From: an uncultured Acidobacteriota bacterium | GTDB lineage: Bacteria; Acidobacteriota; Thermoanaerobaculia; Multivoradales; JAHEKO01 | NCBI GenBank assembly: GCA_963713825.1 | Contig: CAVQNG010000003.1 | Coordinates: 1,408,001 to 1,472,000 of the forward strand | Direction of reading: 5' to 3' | DNA length: 64,000 nucleotides | Shown: positions 56,360 through 64,000 of the stretch, piece after piece | Layout of the letters: the number at the start of each line of letters is the position of its first letter | How positions within the stretch are numbered: the first letter of the stretch is position 1 | Translations under genes and position numbers: made by a program | Notes under the pieces: generated by a model | Seen by the model: the letters and a program-made list of their open reading frames with translations, nothing else | Databases searched by the model: none | Told to the model about the DNA's origin: nothing

Positions 56360-57132
56360 CGCTCTCGTATCGCGGTACTTCATACGCCGGCTGGCAGCGG
56401 CAGAACAACGCCACCACGGTCCAGCAGGTCGTGGAGGAAGCGTTGAGCAACTTATTGGCTCAGCCCGTCCCGATTGTCGGGGCCAGCCGAACCGACGCCG
56501 GCGTGCATGCTCGAGGACAGGTCGTCCATTTGGAGCTACCCATCGACTTTTCGACACGAGGTCTGATTCACGGCGCCAATCAGCGCCTTCCCGAGGACAT
56601 ACGGATCATGGCAGCGGAGCGGATGCCTGAGGGCTTTCACGCCCGCAAGCACGCCGCGAGCAAGTTGTATTGCTACCGGTATGTCCAGACTCCGATCCTC
56701 GCACCACTGGACAGCCTGTTCGCTGTTCATCTACCCCATGAGGTCGACCTGGACGCGATGGTGCGAGCATCCGAGCACCTGCTCGGTGAGCACGACTTCA
56801 CCGCCTTTGCACTCTCCGGGGGGAGCCACACCCAGCCAGTACGCCGCATTGACGAGGCGAACTGGCAGACTGCTAACTGGCAGACCGGCGGTGCAAGCGT
56901 GATGGAGTTTCGAGTTGTCGGTAGTGGCTTCTTGCGAGGAATGGTGCGCTCCATGGTCGGCACTCTGCTGGAGGTGGGTAAGGGGCAGCGTCGAGTCGAT
57001 GACATTCCCCGTCTCCTTCAAGGACGCCCGCGATCCGAGGCGGGCCCGACCGCACCGGCGCGCGGCCTGACCCTGGAAGAGGTCCGCTATCCCCAGGATT
57101 GGAGCCCGCTCGAGGAGCAGGAGAACCACTGA
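56344..57132 (+). CDS. truA: tRNA pseudouridine(38-40) synthase
   Basis: Y.G..Y.GWQ.Q, SRTDAGVHA.GQV, G.HDF.AF, FLRGMVR, TAP..GL.L. Confidence 0.95.
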   Translation: MVFRLTLSYRGTSYAGWQRQNNATTVQQVVEEALSNLLAQPVPIVGASRTDAGVHARGQVVHLELPIDFSTRGLIHGANQRLPEDIRIMAAERMPEGFHARKHAASKLYCYRYVQTPILAPLDSLFAVHLPHEVDLDAMVRASEHLLGEHDFTAFALSGGSHTQPVRRIDEANWQTANWQTGGASVMEFRVVGSGFLRGMVRSMVGTLLEVGKGQRRVDDIPRLLQGRPRSEAGPTAPARGLTLEEVRYPQDWSPLEEQENH

Positions 57133-57192
57133 TCTGACTGTCGGCCGGACTCCGGGGTCGCCGCACGGTGTGCTAGATTACTGCCGCACGAA

Positions 57193-57996
57193 ATGCCTGA
57201 TTTTTCGAAGGTAGCGCCAGCTGGCTCGCCTGAAGAGCACCTCCTGCGTCGACTGGATCGATCGCGGCTGCCGCGCCATGTGGCCATCATCATGGATGGA
57301 AACGGTCGCTGGGCGAAGAGTCGTGGCCTGCCGAGAGTAGAGGGCCACAGGGCAGGAGTGGCGGCTGTGCGGGACGTCATCGAGGCCGCGGCCCAGCTCG
57401 GGATCGAAGTCCTTACCCTCTATGCCTTCTCGGTCGAGAATTGGAAGCGACCACGCTACGAGGTCTGGGCTCTCATGAATCTACTCAAGGACTACCTGCG
57501 GCGGGAGTTGTCGAACCTGGTGGAAAACGGCATTCGACTGCACCTCCTGGGCCGCTGGCGTGAGCTGGACCCCTCGGTCGTTGGCGAGTTGGAGCGGGCC
57601 TTGGAGGCCACCGCCGATTGTCAGGGCATGCAGCTCAACATCGCCCTCAACTACTCGGGTCGGTGCGAGATCGTCGACGCCTGCCGTGACATCGTGGCCG
57701 ACTGGGCTGGCGGCGAGAGCGTCGAGATCGACGAAGAAACGATAGGGCGCTACCTGTACACCTCCGGTCTTCCCGACCCCGATCTGCTGATTCGAAGCTC
57801 TGGAGAGCAGCGTGTGAGCAACTTCCTGCTCTGGCAGATTGCCTACGCAGAGATCTGGATGACCGAAACTCTATGGCCTGACTTTCGTAGGCGACATCTA
57901 CTGGAGGCTGTACTCGACTTCCAATCCCGGGATCGTCGATTTGGTGCAGTTGTCGAGGCCGACGAGGAGCCGAAGGCAGATCGGACTTCGGCCTGA
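57193..57996 (+). CDS. uppS: Undecaprenyl diphosphate synthase
   Basis: HVAIIMDGNGRWA, AFSVENWKRP, PDLLIR.SGE.R.SNFLLWQ. Confidence 0.97.
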   Translation: MPDFSKVAPAGSPEEHLLRRLDRSRLPRHVAIIMDGNGRWAKSRGLPRVEGHRAGVAAVRDVIEAAAQLGIEVLTLYAFSVENWKRPRYEVWALMNLLKDYLRRELSNLVENGIRLHLLGRWRELDPSVVGELERALEATADCQGMQLNIALNYSGRCEIVDACRDIVADWAGGESVEIDEETIGRYLYTSGLPDPDLLIRSSGEQRVSNFLLWQIAYAEIWMTETLWPDFRRRHLLEAVLDFQSRDRRFGAVVEADEEPKADRTSA

Positions 57997-58041
57997 TCGG
58001 CTGACAGAGCCGTAACCTATCTACCTGGAGCAGGTTCGATC

Positions 58042-58869
58042 ATGCAGCGTCTACTAACTGCCCTGGTCTGCATTCCCATTGCCCTGCTGGCGGTATTCCG
58101 CCTGCCCGGAGGCTGGTTCCTGCTCGGCGTTGTGGCACTGATCGAGCTCGCCGTCCTCGAGTACATCAAGATTGGAGAGCATTGGGCACCCGGTGGTGTT
58201 CTCCGGTCCCTGCTCGTGCTGGTGCCCGTAACGACCTTTCTGTTGGCCGGTAGCCTCCTGCCGTCGGACCTTGGCGGTCTCGAGTCTGCACTCGTGTGGT
58301 TGGCGTTGCTTCTGATGACGGTAGGCTCGGGAACCCTGGCAATCTCGGCCCGAGCCCCGATCGAACAGGGCGCCGCTTCTGTGGGCTTGCTCGCTTTTGG
58401 GATGCTGTACTTCGCGCTACCTGCGGCCAGCTTGTACGGGCTCCAGGCCTTCGATCCCTGGGTCCTCGTGCTGCTGCTCGCTATTGTCTGGCTGGGCGAC
58501 AGCGGTGCGTACTACATCGGCAAGACTTGGGGTCGGCACAAGCTGGCGCCGAGAGTCAGTCCGAACAAGACCTGGGAAGGGGCGATCGCCAACATCGCTG
58601 CCGGAATGCTGGCCGCCACCGCCTGGAGCTATTGGCGCCTGGGAGAAGTCGATGGCTGGATTCTCCTCTTGGCTGCTCTAGTCTCGACTGCGGCGCAGAT
58701 CGGTGATCTCGCGGAGTCGCTGCTGAAACGCGGTGCTGGTGTCAAAGACTCGGGCCAGATCCTGCCGGGACACGGTGGAATGCTGGACAGGATGGACGCT
58801 CTTCTCTTTGCGGCGCCGGTGATGTGGGTCGGCGTCGAGCTGTTGGGTGCCGGCAGGATGCTGCCTTGA
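58042..58869 (+). CDS. cdsA: Phosphatidate cytidylyltransferase
   Basis: DSGAY..G, SPNKTWEG, GDL.ES..KR..GVKDSG..LPGHGG.LDR.D. Confidence 0.96.
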   Translation: MQRLLTALVCIPIALLAVFRLPGGWFLLGVVALIELAVLEYIKIGEHWAPGGVLRSLLVLVPVTTFLLAGSLLPSDLGGLESALVWLALLLMTVGSGTLAISARAPIEQGAASVGLLAFGMLYFALPAASLYGLQAFDPWVLVLLLAIVWLGDSGAYYIGKTWGRHKLAPRVSPNKTWEGAIANIAAGMLAATAWSYWRLGEVDGWILLLAALVSTAAQIGDLAESLLKRGAGVKDSGQILPGHGGMLDRMDALLFAAPVMWVGVELLGAGRMLP

Positions 58870-60020
58870 GTCGACGAATCGCGCTTCTGGGCTCGACCGG
58901 GTCCATCGGTGAGAGCACACTGCAGGTCATCCTCCATCATCCGGACCGACTCTGTGTCGAGGCGCTGGCCGCTCATGGGAGCAAGCTGGACCGCCTCGAA
59001 GAGCAAGTCCGAGAGTTTCGCCCCAGCCTAGTGGCTGTGCATGATCCGCAGAAAGCGGCTGAGCTCCAAGATCGGGTTGGTGCCACGGCAAAGGTGGTCT
59101 CCGGAGAGGCGGGGCTTGTCGAGGTTGCTCGCTTGGAAGGGGTGGATCTGGTTGTGGCGGCCGTAGTGGGTGCCGCCGGGTTGCCTGCCACCTACGCAGC
59201 CCTGGAGGCCGGGAAGGACGTTGCGCTGGCCAACAAGGAGTCCCTTGTCGTCGCCGGCAAACTGCTCAAGGAGGTAGCCCGGGCCTCAGGGGCCCAGCTC
59301 CTGCCGATCGACAGCGAGCACGTGGCGCTGCATCAGTCGCTGCGCTCGGGTCGCTCGAGCGAGGTCCACCGACTCATGCTGACCGCCTCCGGGGGCCCCT
59401 TTCGAACGCGGGACTTTGCGACCTGGAATGAGATCAGGCCTGAAGAGGCCCTTCGTCACCCGACCTGGCGGATGGGGGCGAAGATCAGCATCGACTCGGC
59501 CACGCTGATGAACAAGGGGCTGGAGCTGATCGAGGCTCACCACCTCTTCGACGTACCTCCGGACAGGATCGAAGTCGTGGTCCACCCGCAATCCATCGTG
59601 CATTCGCTGGTGGAGTATCGGGACGGCAGCTGGCTGGCGCAGATGTCGGTCAACGACATGATCTTCCCCATTCAGTACGCCCTCTCCTATCCCGATCGCT
59701 GGGAGAACGAGTTCGAGCGCCTGGAGCCGCACCAATTGGGCCGTCTAGAGTTCGAGCCGGTCGATGCCCAGCGCTTCCCGAGTGTCGACTTGGCTCGTGC
59801 AACCCTGTCGATGGGTGACTCCGCTCCAGCGGTGCTGAATGCTGCCAACGAGGTGGCTGTCCGCGGCTTTCTGGAAGGCCGGATTCCGTTCCCGGCAATC
59901 GTCGCAACGGCAGAGCGGGTTCTGGAGTCGTGCGAGCCTGGACCGATCACCAGCTTGGACGATGCCCTACAGTACGACGCCTGGGGTAGGGCCCGGGCAC
60001 GAGAGCTCCTCGAGCTCTAG
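58866..60020 (+). CDS. dxr: 1-deoxy-D-xylulose 5-phosphate reductoisomerase
   Basis: LLGSTGSIG, LANKE, PIDSEH, TASGGPF, DSATLMNKGLE; TTG start overlapping the cdsA stop. Confidence 0.97.
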   Translation: MSRRIALLGSTGSIGESTLQVILHHPDRLCVEALAAHGSKLDRLEEQVREFRPSLVAVHDPQKAAELQDRVGATAKVVSGEAGLVEVARLEGVDLVVAAVVGAAGLPATYAALEAGKDVALANKESLVVAGKLLKEVARASGAQLLPIDSEHVALHQSLRSGRSSEVHRLMLTASGGPFRTRDFATWNEIRPEEALRHPTWRMGAKISIDSATLMNKGLELIEAHHLFDVPPDRIEVVVHPQSIVHSLVEYRDGSWLAQMSVNDMIFPIQYALSYPDRWENEFERLEPHQLGRLEFEPVDAQRFPSVDLARATLSMGDSAPAVLNAANEVAVRGFLEGRIPFPAIVATAERVLESCEPGPITSLDDALQYDAWGRARARELLEL

Positions 60021-60050
60021 GCCCTGGGGAAGAGCCGCGACTCTCGGGAC

Positions 60051-60578
60051 TCACATGGCCCACAGGTGCCCGGTGTTGACCGGTTTGCCTTGCAGCTTGA
60101 GGTAGTAAAAGAGCTGCCCTTTGTGTTGCAGCGAGTGACGAAGCGAGTGCAGGAGGTGCCTGCCCAGTGCGAACGTCTCGGCTGGATTCCAGGGCGCCGC
60201 AATCTCTCGCTGCGCCAGGTCTGCTTCGTCTACGCTTCGCAGCACCGCGAGAGCCTGCTCTCTGTCCTTGGCGAGCAGCTCCCGGGCGTGCGCCACGCTC
60301 TCCACGGTCGCCATTTTCTCTGCCGGTGGCAGCATCTCTTCAGGCTCCATGTCGTCCAAGCTCATGCCATCAGGCATGCCCCAGTCACCGGTGACGAAGC
60401 CATGGAATCCTGGACCATTGGAGGTGGCGGTGTGCATCATGACTTGCCCCATGGTCATCCAGTTCTCACCGGTGGCCGGCTTCCAGTCGAGTGCTGCATC
60501 GTCGGCGACCGCGAACAGCGCGTCGGTGCCGCGGTAGAGGTACTCCAGTTCTGCGGTCAGTAAATCGGTCCAGTTCAT
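60051..60578 (-). CDS. DinB family protein
   Basis: LDWKP..M..GQ...H and H...HKGQLFYYLK..G motifs. Confidence 0.82.
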   Translation of the reverse strand: MNWTDLLTAELEYLYRGTDALFAVADDAALDWKPATGENWMTMGQVMMHTATSNGPGFHGFVTGDWGMPDGMSLDDMEPEEMLPPAEKMATVESVAHARELLAKDREQALAVLRSVDEADLAQREIAAPWNPAETFALGRHLLHSLRHSLQHKGQLFYYLKLQGKPVNTGHLWAM

Positions 60579-60625
60579 GGCGTCCCCTTTCTGTTGAGTT
60601 CCAAGAAGATTCTACTGGCCTCAAA

Positions 60626-62962
60626 CTACTCGATCATCGGAATGGGCTCGTCCTGCTTGAGAAGCCGTCTCTTTGGCGGTGTGGCTCCCTTTCGAAAGAG
60701 GTCGAGCTCGGCCCCATCGCGATCCCGAGGCACCAGCAAACCGGTCTCGGTCTCGATCCAGAGCTCGACGATCTTGGTTGGGCGGCCGTGGTCCATGGCC
60801 GGTCGCAGTGGAGCGGCTCGTTCCATGAAGGCCTTCCAGATCGGTGCTGCCGCGGCGGAACCCCGCAGCCCCAGTGTCCGATTGTCGTCGAGTCCTACCC
60901 ATACCACTGCCACGATCGACCCAGCCCCACCGGCGAACCACGCGTCGCGCGAGCTGGAGGAAGTTCCCGTCTTGCCGAATGCGGTCGGGTCTGAAATCGC
61001 AGCAGCGGCGGCGGTACCCTGACGAAGTGAGCCCTCGAGCAGGTCTCGAATCAGGTAGGCGGTGGCCGGCTCGACAATCTTGGACGAGGTGGGGCGGCGT
61101 TTCACGAGCAGCCGACCACCGGGCAGGGAGATCCTCTCGTAGGGTCGTGGCCGAGCAGCTCTTCCGAGCGAGCCGAAGACCGTGTAGGCGCGCGCCAGAG
61201 CCAGCGGCGTTGTTTCCATCGCACCGAGCACGAAGGCGGGTGGTGGGTCCTGCGGCAGATCCAAGCCGCTGCGGCGAAGACGTTCGGCCGTCTCGTGAAA
61301 GCCGCACCAGCGTGTTATTCGCACGAACGGCAGATTGAGAGAACGCAGGGTCGCCTGACGCACCGAGACGGAGGACCGGAACCGTCGATCGGGGTTCTCG
61401 GGACTCCAGGGCCCTGATGGCAGCTCTAGTGTCAGAGGCTGATCGGAGACGCGTCGGGCTGGAAACAGTGGGTCCCGGCTGCCGCAGCTCTGAAAAGCCT
61501 CCAAGAGCACGAGCGGCTTGACCGCTGACCCCGGCTGACGCTCGGCCCATCGCACCCGATCGAAGCTGTCCGATCGCAGTCTTGGATCGCCTCCGACATA
61601 GGCGAGCACATCGCCCGTGCGGGTATCGAGCGCCACCAAGGCTGCGGAAAGGGGCAGTCCATTGAATCGCGGATGACCCGACCGCAGCCCGTGCAGGCCG
61701 TCGCGGACGGCAGCGTTGGCTGCTTCCTGCAATAGCGGATCGAGCGTTGATGCAACGATTGCACCGCGGCCGTCCTCAGCGCGTTTGGGGGCGTTGGAGT
61801 CGACCTCGTCTTCGAGCCAGCCCAGGAAATGCGGTGCTTCGGGCGGGGGAGGAGGGGAGAGGTTGAGCTTAGGAAGGCCTGCGCGGCGGGCGGCGTGCAA
61901 CTCTGACGGCGTCAACCAGTCGAGCTCCACGAGGCGTGTGAGGACCCATCTGTAGCGTTCCAGAACGGCTTCGGGATTGCGCACGGGGCTGAGCCGGTTC
62001 GGGCCCTGGATCATGGCCGCAAGCAGCGCTGATTCGCCGCTGTCGAGCTGGCTGGCTGGCTTTGAAAAGTAGGCCCGAGCCGCGGTATCGAAACCGAAGA
62101 TGTGAATCCCGTCCAGGTGCCCGAAATAGACCGTATCGAGGTACGCCTCCAGGATCTCGGTCTTGTCGTATTCGGCCTCGAGAGCCAAAGCGCGAACCGC
62201 CTCTGAGGCTTTGCGCCCCATGGATCGTTTGGGGCTCATGTCGCGAAGCTTGACGAGTTGTTGAGTGATTGTGCTGCCCCCTTGAACGACCCTGCCCGCT
62301 TCGATGTTGCTTAGTGTGGCGCGAGCCAGCGCCTTGGCATCGACCCCTGAGTGCTCGAAGAATCGGGCGTCTTCCGCCGCCAATACTGGTTGCCAGACAT
62401 GCTCCGGTAGCTCTTCAAAGCTCACCCGCGAACGGCGCCCCCGGTTGGTGTCAAAGGACTCCGCCAGCAACTCGGGCTCCAGCCAGAGATGCTTGGTGCG
62501 GAGCGCGACCTCGTTCTCGTCGATGCCCTCGAGGATCATCGCGTCACTGCGACGCAGTTTGAGGCCTATCAGCCGTGCCGGGTACTGTTTCGTGCCGATT
62601 CGAACGGGCCGCCTGTAGAACCAGAACTTCTCGAACCCGAAGAAGAACTCGCCGGGGCGCCGCGGTCGTTCGCCCCGCCGTCGTTTGTAGCCCAAGCGTT
62701 CCAGTCTGCGCGGTAGCTCGAGCTGAGTGATGGTCCGCCCCGGCTCGACCCAGAAGCGACTCGCGTACACTCGGACCTCGTTGCGCCCGAGGTTGTCGGC
62801 CAAGCCGTCAGCTATGACAGATCCCGGCAAGAGCCAGCCGAGGAGCCAGAGGACTGAAAGACCACAGCGAGATCGGACCGAGGCGCCCACCTGTCTTCGT
62901 TCGGGCTGCTCTGAATCGGGAACCGTCTGGTGCCGGGCCTTCGAGGAGGATTTTCTCCGCAT
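60626..62962 (-). CDS. Class A penicillin-binding protein, PBP1b-like (UB2H + transglycosylase + transpeptidase)
   Basis: AEDARF, GGSTITQQ, RK..E, SAVK, SLN, KTG; start uncertain. Confidence 0.9.
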   Translation of the reverse strand: MRRKSSSKARHQTVPDSEQPERRQVGASVRSRCGLSVLWLLGWLLPGSVIADGLADNLGRNEVRVYASRFWVEPGRTITQLELPRRLERLGYKRRRGERPRRPGEFFFGFEKFWFYRRPVRIGTKQYPARLIGLKLRRSDAMILEGIDENEVALRTKHLWLEPELLAESFDTNRGRRSRVSFEELPEHVWQPVLAAEDARFFEHSGVDAKALARATLSNIEAGRVVQGGSTITQQLVKLRDMSPKRSMGRKASEAVRALALEAEYDKTEILEAYLDTVYFGHLDGIHIFGFDTAARAYFSKPASQLDSGESALLAAMIQGPNRLSPVRNPEAVLERYRWVLTRLVELDWLTPSELHAARRAGLPKLNLSPPPPPEAPHFLGWLEDEVDSNAPKRAEDGRGAIVASTLDPLLQEAANAAVRDGLHGLRSGHPRFNGLPLSAALVALDTRTGDVLAYVGGDPRLRSDSFDRVRWAERQPGSAVKPLVLLEAFQSCGSRDPLFPARRVSDQPLTLELPSGPWSPENPDRRFRSSVSVRQATLRSLNLPFVRITRWCGFHETAERLRRSGLDLPQDPPPAFVLGAMETTPLALARAYTVFGSLGRAARPRPYERISLPGGRLLVKRRPTSSKIVEPATAYLIRDLLEGSLRQGTAAAAAISDPTAFGKTGTSSSSRDAWFAGGAGSIVAVVWVGLDDNRTLGLRGSAAAAPIWKAFMERAAPLRPAMDHGRPTKIVELWIETETGLLVPRDRDGAELDLFRKGATPPKRRLLKQDEPIPMIE

Positions 62963-63163
62963 CTCGCATCCAAGGATACAAGCCATTGGAAGCTCCGGTT
63001 CCGGCATTGGTGAGTCGATTGGGCATGAGAGTTGCTTAGGTGGAAGAGGTTGAGGCAGAGCCAGTTCGCGTAGGCCTATTCGACCGTTCAGCGGAGGCGC
63101 TGAACCCCTGGACTTGATCCTGATGCGTGTTGAGGGGAGAATCACCCCTTATCGAGGCGAGAA

Positions 63164-64000
63164 ATGTCGAATGTTCTGAGTAATTTAGCTGCGTTTATTG
63201 TCGCCCTGGGCGTGATCATCTTCGTGCACGAGGCCGGCCATCTACTGATGGCCAAGGCCTTCGGTATGCGTGTCTTGACCTTTTCTCTCGGGTTCGGAAA
63301 GCGCATCTGGGGTTTCACCCGCAACGAGACCGAGTACAAGGTCTCTCTTATCCCGCTGGGCGGTTATGTGCGGCTGGGTGGTGAGGATCCGGGTGAGGCC
63401 AGTGACGACCCCCGAGATTTCATGAACACGCCACGTTGGCAGCGGATCCTGGTCTATTTGGCCGGTCCCGCCATGAATGTGCTCCTGGCGATCCTCCTCA
63501 TTGCGGGGGTGCTGATGGTGGGGATCCAGGTGCCGACGTTGCCCGAGATCCCTCCGATCATCGGCAGCGTGGCTGCAGAATCTCCCGCCGAGGCTGCTGG
63601 ACTCCTACCTGGTGACGAAGTGCTGACGGCGAACGGCAAGGCAGCCGAGGATTGGGAAGATGTCCATTTCGCTTTCATCACGTCTCCAGAGCGGCAAGTC
63701 GATCTGACCGTCTTGCGACAGGGACAAGAGCGTCAGGTGTCCCTCGTCCCCGCCAAGGTACCCAAGTACGAGTTTGGGTATGCCGGCGCGTTTCCGACCG
63801 TCCTGCCCAGGATCGCGCAGGTCCTGGCAGACAGCCCGGCCGAGGCGGCGGGCTTCCAACCGGGAGACGAGATCCGCAGTGTGGATGGGCAGGCAATCGC
63901 GCAATGGCAGGAGTTCGTCGACTACATCGAGGCCCATGCCGACCAGGGCGTGGCGGTAGAGGTCTTGCGCGAACGGCAGCCGGCGTTGCTTCATGTCGTG
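63164..64000 (+). CDS. rseP: RIP metalloprotease RseP (3' end runs off the window)
   Basis: Not in the ORF track. Manual translation: MSNVLSNL..FVHEAGH (HExxH), FSLGFG, IPLGGYV, AGP..N, PDZ domains. Confidence 0.95.
   Translation, partial: MSNVLSNLAAFIVALGVIIFVHEAGHLLMAKAFGMRVLTFSLGFGKRIWGFTRNETEYKVSLIPLGGYVRLGGEDPGEASDDPRDFMNTPRWQRILVYLAGPAMNVLLAILLIAGVLMVGIQVPTLPEIPPIIGSVAAESPAEAAGLLPGDEVLTANGKAAEDWEDVHFAFITSPERQVDLTVLRQGQERQVSLVPAKVPKYEFGYAGAFPTVLPRIAQVLADSPAEAAGFQPGDEIRSVDGQAIAQWQEFVDYIEAHADQGVAVEVLRERQPALLHVV

Overview
GC-rich bacterial chromosomal window. The gene set (mglBA, futalosine menaquinone genes, an ImcH-like cytochrome, a large BNR/sortilin-like protein, outer-membrane porins) suggests a diderm such as an Acidobacteriota/Thermoanaerobaculia-like organism; this is an inference. 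The left half (1-28.7 kb) is accessory-type: two type II toxin-antitoxin pairs with readable operators, an AraC-controlled BNR-hydrolase/PhoD/porin operon, pncB, a multiheme cytochrome, fetAB, and a two-component/sigma54 module next to tRNA-Arg(ACG). The right half is mostly housekeeping: pan operon, mqnE/mqnP/ubiX, pepD, OPT transporter, mglBA, yvcK-glmU-glmS-pcrA, truA, uppS-cdsA-dxr, a class A PBP and rseP. The most striking observation is at 20-28.5 kb. Two sigma54 promoters carry the same tandem GGGGCA-N3-TGCCCC-like enhancer. One drives a receiver-Kup-lipoprotein-ClC operon, and the other, a perfect-consensus promoter, points at a ~115-nt structured non-coding segment that is a candidate sigma54-dependent sRNA. 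Also notable are a terminator/antiterminator leader before panB, a probably leaderless fitA-like transcript, a CX5CX2C MqnE and a degenerate NYN nuclease. All calls come from reading motifs by eye; no database searches were run.
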